A stretch of 61,840 bases of DNA. Origin: Bacilli bacterium (GTDB lineage: Bacteria; Bacillota_I; Bacilli_A; RFN20; CAG-826). Positions 10,485 to 19,568 of this stretch are shown here, piece after piece (the stretch's first letter is position 1; each line of letters begins with the position of its first letter). Under the pieces are notes generated by a model. The model was not told where the DNA came from. It saw only the letters and a list, made by a program, of their open reading frames with translations, and searched no databases. A program made the position numbers and the translations under genes. The DNA lies in NCBI GenBank assembly GCA_024408095.1, contig JAKSVI010000006.1, positions 1 to 61,840 of the forward strand. The letters are read 5' to 3'.

Positions 10485-10890
10485 ATAATTTGATTTGTTC
10501 TTGTATACTGGGAAGATTTAAGTCTTTATTATTTTCTTTCATTTCCAAGACAAATCCTTCTTGCTTCTCATATCTAGGAATGACATGAACATGGAAATGA
10601 TTGACTGTTTGTCCAGCTGCTTCGTAGCAGTTAGATAAGATATTAACACCTTTAGCACCAAGCATCTTTATTTGCACTTGTCCAATTCTTTGCGCAACAT
10701 CCATAACTTTATGCATTGTTTCTTGTGGTGTTGCTAAGAAATTAGGATAGTGCTTTTTGCAAATTACAAGAGCATGTCCTTTTGTAACTTGAGAGATATC
10801 TAAAAATGCTAGAACGTCTTCATCTTCATATAGTTTATAACAAGGTATTTCCCCATCTACAATTTTGCAAAATACATCTTTTGTTTCCAT
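10483..10890 (-). CDS. hit: HIT family protein
   Basis: Motifs FCKIV, GHALVI and AGQTVNHFHVHVIPR. Confidence 0.93.
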   Translation of the reverse strand: METKDVFCKIVDGEIPCYKLYEDEDVLAFLDISQVTKGHALVICKKHYPNFLATPQETMHKVMDVAQRIGQVQIKMLGAKGVNILSNCYEAAGQTVNHFHVHVIPRYEKQEGFVLEMKENNKDLNLPSIQEQIKL

Positions 10891-10903
10891 ATTTCTCCTA
10901 TTA

Positions 10904-10930
10904 AAAAGGAGAGCAAACTGCTCTCCTTTT
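10904..10930 (-). terminator. Intrinsic terminator after the lipoprotein pair
   Basis: AAAAGGAGAGCA-AAC-TGCTCTCCTTTT, a perfect 12-bp stem. Confidence 0.75.
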
Positions 10931-10940
10931 GTTTATGTGT

Positions 10941-12809
10941 CTATTTGAATAAATCAGGATATGTTTCAGCAAAGTAGTTGAATACAACAGTATCGTGATA
11001 TTCTAATGACATTTTCTTTAACCAGTAATCTTTGGCTAAGTCTTGATAAGTTGAACCAGCAGCGATAATCTTGGCGACCTCGTTAGTGATATCTTGAATA
11101 TCCTCAGCAGTTCTGCCTAATGAGCTATAGTTTGTATCGCTTGAGCCCATCTTTGTGGAGTTAACGGCTTCTTCAACTTGAACAACATAATATGTGCTAC
11201 CATCTTTGAAGATAATATCTTGATCTTCAGAACCTGGTAATAAATCATTGTTTCTCAAGAAATAGTTTCCAGCAATTCTAGCAAGATATGAACCATAGTC
11301 ATTGTCTTTGCTATATTCATATTCTGCGGATTTTCTTAATCCTGAATTTTCTTGAACTTTTTGCCAACGATCATAAGCAGGAGCGTATTCTGGTTTTGAT
11401 GGATCAGTTTCATTTTCCTTTTTGGAATCACTGACAGTAACGTTGAATAAACGATTTGAGATTGAGGATGGTAATGTACCAGCGCCATCAGAAGCAATGT
11501 ACCAACCAGAAGATGTGTAATCTTTTAATTTGTCTGCTCTTTCTTTTAATTCAATACCGTGTTCAACTGTATAAGTGTTGTTTCCAGTAAATTCAGATTC
11601 AACTGAAGTATCTGTTTTCTTTGGATCAGCATCGATTTTATCAACATCAGTCATCCATAATCCACGATCAGTAGATTTGTAATAACTTTGTGATTCTTTG
11701 CCTTCTTCTGTCTCTTCAACATATTTGAAAACTGGATCTTCAGCTTCGGCTTGTTTCGCTAAAATGTCTTCTAAAACAGTATTTTTATATTTGGTTGTTC
11801 CATCTCCATCTTTTATTGGTTCAACGTTTCCGACCCAAGCATTTGAGAAATCAGTAAACACTTTAGAGACATCAAGTTTAGAACCACCTTCAACTAACCA
11901 TTCTGTATGGTTTTTCCAAATTGCTGATTTTGGAGCAGAAGTTAGAACTTCAAATAAATAGTTCATTAAATATTCGGCAGCTTTGCCATCTTCCATACCT
12001 GAACGAGCAGTGATGGAGAAGACATTTATTTTTCTAGCACGTGAACGTCCAATAGTGCTCTTAGCTTCTTCTAAGAGATATTGTTCATTTAATAATTCCT
12101 TATATATTTCAGGAGTTATTTTATCGTCGATGTAAGTGTTGGTTAAGCTTTGATAATTTTCTCTATGTAAAAGAGAATCTCCACCTAATTCTTCTTGAGT
12201 TTCAAAGACTTCTTCAGGCTCAACTGATGGAAGGACTAAACCTTTATAAGTTGTAGCCTCTTTTGGATGAGAAACGGATTGACTATCATTTAATAAAGAT
12301 TTAAGCATTTCTGCTTCATCAAAGATTGAATCTTCGGTGTATGATCCGCCTGAAACAAGTTTGTACATTCTTTGTGCAATACGTTTTTCAATAGCGGCAA
12401 ATTTACCTGAAACTAAAGCAAATTCGTCTTTTTCCACACGTGGCGATGTTTGATACACTTTGTGATTGTTAATAAAGGTTCTAACAGTATCTAAATCCTC
12501 TTTATTTTTAATCTTTTCAGCAATTGATTTCAAATCATCATATTTTCCAAAGGCACTATAAGAGTATTCAATGATAATCTTTTCTGCAACGTTAGAAGGA
12601 ATATTGCCTTCTCTCCATGCATCATAGACTTCCTCCATTGTTTTGTAACCATTTACAACAGTAGAATCCTTTTCAAAACTTACTGATGAATCAGAATAGT
12701 TGTCTGGCTTAGCATAGACATCTGAGGCTGTTGTAGTGTTACATGCGGTTAAGCCTAAAAGGCCTAACAAGGATAAGCACGCTAATTTCTTAATACTATT
12801 TCGCTTCAT
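10941..12809 (-). CDS. Large lipoprotein, possibly a degenerate PrsA/parvulin-like paralogue
   Basis: ATG 12809 has an AGGAGG RBS. Lipobox LTAC. Remnant parvulin-like segments RARKINVFSI, GWY...LPSSISNRLF and YYVVQVEE. Confidence 0.5.
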   Translation of the reverse strand: MKRNSIKKLACLSLLGLLGLTACNTTTASDVYAKPDNYSDSSVSFEKDSTVVNGYKTMEEVYDAWREGNIPSNVAEKIIIEYSYSAFGKYDDLKSIAEKIKNKEDLDTVRTFINNHKVYQTSPRVEKDEFALVSGKFAAIEKRIAQRMYKLVSGGSYTEDSIFDEAEMLKSLLNDSQSVSHPKEATTYKGLVLPSVEPEEVFETQEELGGDSLLHRENYQSLTNTYIDDKITPEIYKELLNEQYLLEEAKSTIGRSRARKINVFSITARSGMEDGKAAEYLMNYLFEVLTSAPKSAIWKNHTEWLVEGGSKLDVSKVFTDFSNAWVGNVEPIKDGDGTTKYKNTVLEDILAKQAEAEDPVFKYVEETEEGKESQSYYKSTDRGLWMTDVDKIDADPKKTDTSVESEFTGNNTYTVEHGIELKERADKLKDYTSSGWYIASDGAGTLPSSISNRLFNVTVSDSKKENETDPSKPEYAPAYDRWQKVQENSGLRKSAEYEYSKDNDYGSYLARIAGNYFLRNNDLLPGSEDQDIIFKDGSTYYVVQVEEAVNSTKMGSSDTNYSSLGRTAEDIQDITNEVAKIIAAGSTYQDLAKDYWLKKMSLEYHDTVVFNYFAETYPDLFK

Positions 12810-14709
12810 AGCAAACTCCTCCTTTTTCATAGTTCTTTGAGCTGGCAGCTTTTTTGAAGCTTACAGCACAAACTGTGTTGACTCTTCTACTGTTCTGACT
12901 TGTTTCAAAAGATACATTATCAGTATCGTAGATGTTCATCGCGCTACCAAATTTAATACCATGAGTATAAAGTTCTAATTCAAGTAAGTTGAGATATGTT
13001 TTCCATGCATCTTTCAATGAATCAGCACGATCCCATTTATTCTTTTGTCTTAGGGTTGAGATATAACCATCAATGGTCTCATCAATACCTTTAGAGAATG
13101 TAACGGTAACACTCTTAGTGCTTAAGTAATTTAATAAGTTTTCATAAATGCGGTATGAGTAGGCATTATCAAATCCGCTAATTTCACCTTCAACTTCACT
13201 GGCTCTTGTTTTCAAATCTGTTGATTCGAGGCCTGGTAAATAGTTGACATATGTTGTATATGGTTTCTTTTCACCATCTTGGTCGAAGGTTGGATAATAT
13301 TTATTATCTGGTGTATATGTTGTGTAATAATCTTTAAGTGAAACTTGTTTTGCTTTTTCAGTGTATGTAGTTTCATCATTGAAGATTGATTTTTGCATAA
13401 TCATCAAGTGAATGCCGTGTTCTGAACGGACACCGATAATTACACGACCTTCTTCATCTGTTAAATAACGTAATTTTTCACTTGCAACGTAACCAAATCT
13501 AGAACTATCTTTAATAGTTTCTTCGGAAACTCTACCTGTTTTTGGATCGAGTTTTTGGTTTGTTATAACAAATGGTCTATGTAAGTTCAAATAGTTATTA
13601 TAGTATACATTACGTGGATAATATGCTTCGTTATTATCGTTAACTGTATCTTTGTTTTCATCGGTTGTAACATCTTTGTTTAAACCAATTTGGATAAAGG
13701 CATCATATGGCACTTCTTCAAGGCCAAATGTCTTAAGTGTGTTTTCAACTTCTGATGTAATTCCTAATCCTTCTTTAACTTTCTTAACAGTTTCAGCACT
13801 ACGAGTTGAAACATTATTAAAGACAGTATCATAAGCATAAATACCTAATTTGAATTCATTGACGAAAGATGTGGTTGTTGACATAATTCCGACATCTCCA
13901 CCTTTTGCGGCACTGCCTGAATCACCTTTATCAGCGTGTTCACGCGCGATTTTAGCAAAAGTATAAAGATAAGAATTAGAACCGCCAACTTTTGTAGAGT
14001 CAATGAGTTCGCTCATAACACTTCCTAATGTATCAGCTTCATCTTCAGAGATTGTTCCTTTAACAAAATCTGATGAACCATTGCTTAAACTAATTAAGAT
14101 ATGACGAATATGATATGGGAATTTGGCATCAGCCTTAACACTTGAATCTGTAATGTATTCATTTGTTAAAGAAGACATGTTTGTTTTTAAATACCAGTTC
14201 TCATATTCTTCTTTCTCATACTGATATATGTATTTTTCTCTAAGCTCTTCTTCGTTTTCGACGTTATTCTCTTTTAGAATCTTGTCCCATTCAGTTTGGA
14301 AACTTGTTCCTGAAGATTTTGCGTTCGCTTGAGCTTTTTCTTTGGCTTTTCTTACTGCTAAGTCAGCATCACTTTTTATACCGTTATAGGTTTTGAGTGT
14401 TACTTTGACTTTGCCAGGTTCTTCTGGTTGGCTATTGTTGTCGCTTACAAAAGTAGTCTTTTCGTATGTGTAACGAATTAAGTTTTCTTCTACTGTTGAA
14501 TAGAAAGAACTAATTTTGTTTGGATCTTTTAGATATTCGCCGTAAAGATCGTTTGCCTTAATTTCAATCTTTTCGCCGCCATATCCTGTGATTGTAACAA
14601 TTGCACCTTTGCCATCAGTGACAGCACTTGATGTTGTGTTACAAGCAGATAATCCGAGCGCAGCAATGAATGTAGTAACTAAGCCAATTGATAGTTTACT
14701 TTTTTTCAT
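12796..14709 (-). CDS. prsA: Large PrsA-like peptidyl-prolyl isomerase (foldase) lipoprotein
   Basis: Lipobox LSAC. Parvulin motifs YHIRHILI, FAKIAREH, SAAKGGDVG, FVNEF and VRSEHGIHL. Located next to yhaM and hit, as prsA is in Bacillus. Confidence 0.75.
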   Translation of the reverse strand: MKKSKLSIGLVTTFIAALGLSACNTTSSAVTDGKGAIVTITGYGGEKIEIKANDLYGEYLKDPNKISSFYSTVEENLIRYTYEKTTFVSDNNSQPEEPGKVKVTLKTYNGIKSDADLAVRKAKEKAQANAKSSGTSFQTEWDKILKENNVENEEELREKYIYQYEKEEYENWYLKTNMSSLTNEYITDSSVKADAKFPYHIRHILISLSNGSSDFVKGTISEDEADTLGSVMSELIDSTKVGGSNSYLYTFAKIAREHADKGDSGSAAKGGDVGIMSTTTSFVNEFKLGIYAYDTVFNNVSTRSAETVKKVKEGLGITSEVENTLKTFGLEEVPYDAFIQIGLNKDVTTDENKDTVNDNNEAYYPRNVYYNNYLNLHRPFVITNQKLDPKTGRVSEETIKDSSRFGYVASEKLRYLTDEEGRVIIGVRSEHGIHLMIMQKSIFNDETTYTEKAKQVSLKDYYTTYTPDNKYYPTFDQDGEKKPYTTYVNYLPGLESTDLKTRASEVEGEISGFDNAYSYRIYENLLNYLSTKSVTVTFSKGIDETIDGYISTLRQKNKWDRADSLKDAWKTYLNLLELELYTHGIKFGSAMNIYDTDNVSFETSQNSRRVNTVCAVSFKKAASSKNYEKGGVCYEAK

Positions 14710-14889
14710 TTTCTACTCTCCTTTGCCTAAATATGTAGCGTTAATATTTTATATATTAGTGATTTTTAGTGCAAGAATTATTTAAAGAATATACTTTAAA
14801 GCAGTAAATGTTATGTATTCAATCCGACTTTTTCTTACATATATTTTTGCTTATTTTTTGTCCTACATTTAAAAAAATTATTGTATTGA

Positions 14890-14918
14890 TTGAATACATT
14901 TCATCTATTTTCTATAAT
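14890..14918 (+). promoter_or_regulatory. SigA-type promoter of the suf operon
   Basis: TTGAAT-N17-TATAAT. Confidence 0.7.
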
Positions 14919-14943
14919 ATAGTTCGTTTTGAGGTTGAAGAGT

Positions 14944-15765
14944 ATGTCGACACTAAGAATTAAAAATCTTCATGCTGAAGTTGAAGGAAAAGAAATATTA
15001 AAAGGCATTAATTTAGAAATAAATAATAATGAAACCGTAGCAATTTTAGGTCCTAATGGACATGGAAAGTCTACTTTGTTTAATGTAATAATGGGGCATC
15101 CTCGTTACAAAGTAACAAAAGGTTCAATTTTCTTTGATGATGTTGATGTTCTTGCATTATCTACTGATCAAAGATCAAAACTTGGATTATTTCTTGGATT
15201 GCAAAATCCATCTGAAGTTCCAGGAGTTATAAATTCTGACTTTTTAAGGGCGGCAGTCAATGCTCACAATGACAACCCGATTTCTACATATAACTTTTAT
15301 AAGGTTTTAGATAACGCCGTAAAAGAAGTACAAATGCCATTTGATTTAGCAACACGTTCTTTGAACGAAGGATTTTCTGGTGGAGAAAAGAAGAGAAACG
15401 AGATTTTACAAATGTTGTTATTAGAACCAAAAATTTCTATGTTAGATGAAATTGACTCGGGTTTAGATGTAGATGCCATACAAATTGTGGCTGATGTCAT
15501 AAAAAAACAACAGCAAAAAGGGCAAGGTTTTTTAATCATTTCTCATTATGCTAGATTATTTGACTTAATCCAACCTACAAGAGCAATTGTGATTATTAAT
15601 GGAAAAGTGGTTTTGGATGGTGGAAAAGATATTATTCAACGAATTGATAAAACAGGATATGAGTTTATAAAAACTGAACTTGGAATTGAAATACAAAAAG
15701 AAGAAGCAAAAATGAACACTGTATCAATAGGCAGTTGTGCAGTTAAAGAGGCTATTAAAAAATAA
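14944..15765 (+). CDS. sufC: Fe-S assembly ATPase SufC
   Basis: Motifs GPNGHGKST, GFSGGEKKRNE and LDEIDSGLDVD. ATG 14944 follows a GAGG RBS. Confidence 0.95.
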   Translation: MSTLRIKNLHAEVEGKEILKGINLEINNNETVAILGPNGHGKSTLFNVIMGHPRYKVTKGSIFFDDVDVLALSTDQRSKLGLFLGLQNPSEVPGVINSDFLRAAVNAHNDNPISTYNFYKVLDNAVKEVQMPFDLATRSLNEGFSGGEKKRNEILQMLLLEPKISMLDEIDSGLDVDAIQIVADVIKKQQQKGQGFLIISHYARLFDLIQPTRAIVIINGKVVLDGGKDIIQRIDKTGYEFIKTELGIEIQKEEAKMNTVSIGSCAVKEAIKK

Positions 15766-16535
15766 TGATTTGCCAAGATTTTCGAATTGTAAATTTAAAT
15801 GAATTTTCTGATAAAAAATCAGCCTCTTTTGATATAAAAAATAATGAAAAACTTTTATTCATAGGATGCAAAGATTTTAATCTAACAATAAATGTTCTAG
15901 AAAATGTCTCAGCTTTAATTTCAATGTTATTTTTGAACGACGATTCATCTTTTAAATTAACGATAAATTTAGCAAAAGATACGCAAATCGAGGCTTTTTG
16001 TGCTGATTTTGCGTTTGAGACATTTAAAAACAATGTATCGATAAATCTATTAGGCGAAGGTGCTATTTGCAATTGGCATCTTGCTAGTTTATCTCAAAAA
16101 GCCGACAACAAATCGCATTCAATTTCAGCTACACACTATGCAGCAAAAACAACTGCTCGTATTGATAACTATGGCGTAGCGAAAGATGACTCACATTTAA
16201 CATTCCTGGGTGTGAGCCATATAAAAGATGGATCTGCCAAATCTAAGACATCACAAAATGCAAAAATTATGGTGTTTGATGAGGAAAGTATTGGAACCGC
16301 TAAGCCTATACTAAAAATTGATGATAACGATGTTGTTGCTAACCACGCAGCAGTAGTTGGAAAAATAAATGAAGAACATTTATTCTATTTAACCTCACGT
16401 GGGCTCTGCGAAGATAGTGCAAAAGCACTAATTACATTAGGATATTTGAAACCAATACTTGCAGGTTTTGATGACAACCATCAGAAACAAATCATGGATC
16501 TTATAGAAGGGAGAATGAATAATGTACGATATTAA
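15765..16535 (+). CDS. sufD: Fe-S assembly protein SufD (short form)
   Basis: Motifs PILKIDDNDVVANHAAVVG and LFYLTSRGL, in the expected operon position. Confidence 0.88.
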   Translation: MICQDFRIVNLNEFSDKKSASFDIKNNEKLLFIGCKDFNLTINVLENVSALISMLFLNDDSSFKLTINLAKDTQIEAFCADFAFETFKNNVSINLLGEGAICNWHLASLSQKADNKSHSISATHYAAKTTARIDNYGVAKDDSHLTFLGVSHIKDGSAKSKTSQNAKIMVFDEESIGTAKPILKIDDNDVVANHAAVVGKINEEHLFYLTSRGLCEDSAKALITLGYLKPILAGFDDNHQKQIMDLIEGRMNNVRY

Positions 16536-17751
16536 AAATATTCGTAGTTTATTTCCAATGCTGAAGAACAAAAAAATGCAGGGAAAAAATCTTGTATTTT
16601 TAGATAATGCTTCCACAACATTTAAGCCACAATCAGTTATTGATGCAGTTGTTAATTACTATTCAAATGAAACAAGCAACTCCCATCGAGGAGATTATGA
16701 TCTTTGTTACAACATGGATGTAAAGATTAATGATGTCAGGAATAATGTTGCTAATTTTGTTAAATGTAATCCAAATGAGGTTGTTTTTACAAGTGGTGAC
16801 ACGATGTCATTAAATACGATTGCTTATGGTTATGGTTTGAAATTCTTAAAACCTGGCGATGAAATAATTTTAACAGAAGCTGAACATGCATCTAATATGT
16901 TGCCTTGGTTTAAGGTAGCTAAAATAACTGGTGCAAAAATTGTTTATATTGAGCTTGATGAGAATTTAAAAATAACGGTAGAAAACTTTAAAAAAGTTAT
17001 CTCAAAAAATACGAAAATTGTCTCAATTGCACATATTGGAAACATATTAGGATATATCAATCCAATTGAAGAAATCGCTGCAATTTGCCACTCTTTTGGC
17101 GCAATTTTAGTTCTTGATGGTGCACAATCAGTCCCTCATATTGAGACAAATTTTAAAAAGTGGGACGTCGATTTCTTAACATTTTCAGGTCATAAAATGT
17201 GTGGCCCAACTGGTATCGGATGTCTAATAGGAAAATATGAATTATTGATTAAAATGGATAGTTTTATTACTGGTGGTGGAATGAATGTTACATTTGATAA
17301 AAATGGTCATGTTGAGGAATTACTACCACCTGCAAAGTTTGAAGCAGGAACTCTAGATTTAGCAGGAATCTCAGGTCTAAACGAAGCCATCAACTTATTA
17401 ACATCAATTGGAATGGATGAAATTTCAAAGCACGATAAAGAACTTCATGACTATGCAGTTAAAAAATTAGAAAATAATCCAAACATTATTATATATAATA
17501 AAGATACAGATACAGGAATTTTAACTTTTAATGTAAAAGGTGTTTTTCCACAAGATGAAGCCACTTTACTTAATAGTAAAGGAATAGCCGTAAGAAGCGG
17601 CCAGCATTGCGCAAAAGCTTTTACTAAATTATGTGAAAATAACGCAACAGTTAGAATGTCAACATATCTTTATACATCTATAGAAGACATTGATGCATTT
17701 GTTGATGCATTAATTAATGGAGGTGACATTTTAGATGCCTATTTCGCTTGA
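16522..17751 (+). CDS. sufS: Cysteine desulfurase SufS
   Basis: Motifs LDNASTT, DGAQ, FSGHKMCGPTG and RSGQHCA. Confidence 0.95.
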   Translation: MYDIKNIRSLFPMLKNKKMQGKNLVFLDNASTTFKPQSVIDAVVNYYSNETSNSHRGDYDLCYNMDVKINDVRNNVANFVKCNPNEVVFTSGDTMSLNTIAYGYGLKFLKPGDEIILTEAEHASNMLPWFKVAKITGAKIVYIELDENLKITVENFKKVISKNTKIVSIAHIGNILGYINPIEEIAAICHSFGAILVLDGAQSVPHIETNFKKWDVDFLTFSGHKMCGPTGIGCLIGKYELLIKMDSFITGGGMNVTFDKNGHVEELLPPAKFEAGTLDLAGISGLNEAINLLTSIGMDEISKHDKELHDYAVKKLENNPNIIIYNKDTDTGILTFNVKGVFPQDEATLLNSKGIAVRSGQHCAKAFTKLCENNATVRMSTYLYTSIEDIDAFVDALINGGDILDAYFA

Positions 17752-18169
17752 TAATAACATGATGAGACAAATCATCATGGATCATTACTCTAATCCAATA
17801 AATAAACATCAACCAAAAGATGATGGTTTTGCAAAAGTACATATGCATAGCGATAATTGCATTGATGATTTAGATATTTTTCTAAAAGTTAATAATGACG
17901 TTGTTGTTGATGCGTGCTTTGATGGTGTTGCGTGTACAATTTCAACCGCTTCCACAGATATTATGTGCGATTTATTAAAAGGAAAAACAAAAAACGAAGC
18001 TTTATATATGATTGAACAATACCATCACATGATGCATGAAGAAAATTTTGATGCGGATGTTCTTGAAGAAGCTATTGTTTTTATTAATACAAGCAAACAA
18101 GCTGCAAGAATACGATGCGCAACGATAGGTTGGAATGCAGCCGATAATATTTTGAAGGAAAAGAAATAA
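17735..18169 (+). CDS. sufU: SUF system scaffold / sulfur transfer protein SufU
   Basis: IMDHY motif and three Cys motifs: NCIDD, ACTIS and RIRCA. Confidence 0.92.
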   Translation: MPISLDNNMMRQIIMDHYSNPINKHQPKDDGFAKVHMHSDNCIDDLDIFLKVNNDVVVDACFDGVACTISTASTDIMCDLLKGKTKNEALYMIEQYHHMMHEENFDADVLEEAIVFINTSKQAARIRCATIGWNAADNILKEKK

Positions 18170-18170
18170 A

Positions 18171-19568
18171 ATGCCAAAAGATATCAAATTTCAAGATGGT
18201 TATAAATATGGTTTTAAAGATGAGGATGTCTCGATAGTCAATACCGGGAAAGGCTTATCTGAAGATGTTGTTAAAGCAATATCTCATTTTAAGAATGAAC
18301 CTGAATGGATGCTTGAATTTAGATTAAAAGCTTTGAAAGCATTTAATAATATGAGACTGCCAAACTTTGGACCTGATTTATCTAATTTAGATTTTTCAAC
18401 TTTCACTTATTTTATTAGGCCAAGTGAAAAAGAGGTCAAAAAGTGGGATGAGGTTCCTGAGACTATAAAAAATACATTTACAAAACTCGGCATTCCAGAA
18501 GCTGAACAAAAATACTTAGCAGGCGTTTCAACACAATATGAATCAGAAGTTGTTTATCATAATATGCTTAAAGAAATCGAGGACAAAGGTGTTATCTTTT
18601 TATCAACCGATATGGCACTCAAACTTTATCCAGATTTATTTAAAAAATATTTTGGTACTGTAGTGCCGATGGCGGATAATAAATTCTCTGCTTTAAATGG
18701 AGCAGTTTGGTCTGGCGGTTCATTTATTTATGTTCCAAAAAACGTACATTTGGATAAACCTTTGCAGAGTTATTTCAGAATTAACAATGAAAAATCAGGA
18801 CAATTTGAAAGAACTTTAATCATTGTTGATGAAGGCGCTGATGTACATTATGTTGAGGGTTGCACAGCACCTACATATAGTAAAGAATCATTACACGCTG
18901 CAGTTGTTGAAATCATTGTTCTTAAAGGTGGAAAATGTCGATATTCTACTGTTCAAAATTGGTCTACAAACATTGTAAACTTAGTGACTAAAAGAGCTGT
19001 ATGTTATGAAGATGCCAGTATGGAATGGATTGATGGTAATATTGGATCTCAGGTAAACATGAAGTATCCAGCATGTGTTCTTAAAGGTCGTGGTGCAAAA
19101 GGAACTTGTATTTCAATAGCAGTTGCGGGTAAAGGACAATTTCAGGACGCTGGAGCAAGAATGATCCATGAAGCTAGCGATACCACCTCAACAATTATAT
19201 CTAAATCCGTAGTTAAGAATGGTGGAGTAGCTAATTATAGAGGCACAGTACGACATCTACCTACCGCAAAAAATTGTAGAAGTCACGTAGAATGCGACAC
19301 TTTAATATTAGATGAACTTTCAAAAAGTGATACCATTCCAACTAACGAAGTTAAAAACAATCAATCATATATTGAACACGAAGCAACCGTCTCTAAGATA
19401 AATGAAGATCAATTATTTTATCTTATGAGTAGAGGATTAAGCGAAAAAGAAGCAACTCAAATGATTATTATGGGTTTTATTGAACCATTCTCAAGAGAGT
19501 TACCTATGGAATATGCAGTTGAACTTAATCAACTTATTAAAATGGATATGGATGGGAGTATAGGATAA
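18171..19568 (+). CDS. sufB: Fe-S assembly protein SufB
   Basis: Motifs [33 protein letters not shown] and LPMEYAVE. Confidence 0.97.
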   Translation: MPKDIKFQDGYKYGFKDEDVSIVNTGKGLSEDVVKAISHFKNEPEWMLEFRLKALKAFNNMRLPNFGPDLSNLDFSTFTYFIRPSEKEVKKWDEVPETIKNTFTKLGIPEAEQKYLAGVSTQYESEVVYHNMLKEIEDKGVIFLSTDMALKLYPDLFKKYFGTVVPMADNKFSALNGAVWSGGSFIYVPKNVHLDKPLQSYFRINNEKSGQFERTLIIVDEGADVHYVEGCTAPTYSKESLHAAVVEIIVLKGGKCRYSTVQNWSTNIVNLVTKRAVCYEDASMEWIDGNIGSQVNMKYPACVLKGRGAKGTCISIAVAGKGQFQDAGARMIHEASDTTSTIISKSVVKNGGVANYRGTVRHLPTAKNCRSHVECDTLILDELSKSDTIPTNEVKNNQSYIEHEATVSKINEDQLFYLMSRGLSEKEATQMIIMGFIEPFSRELPMEYAVELNQLIKMDMDGSIG

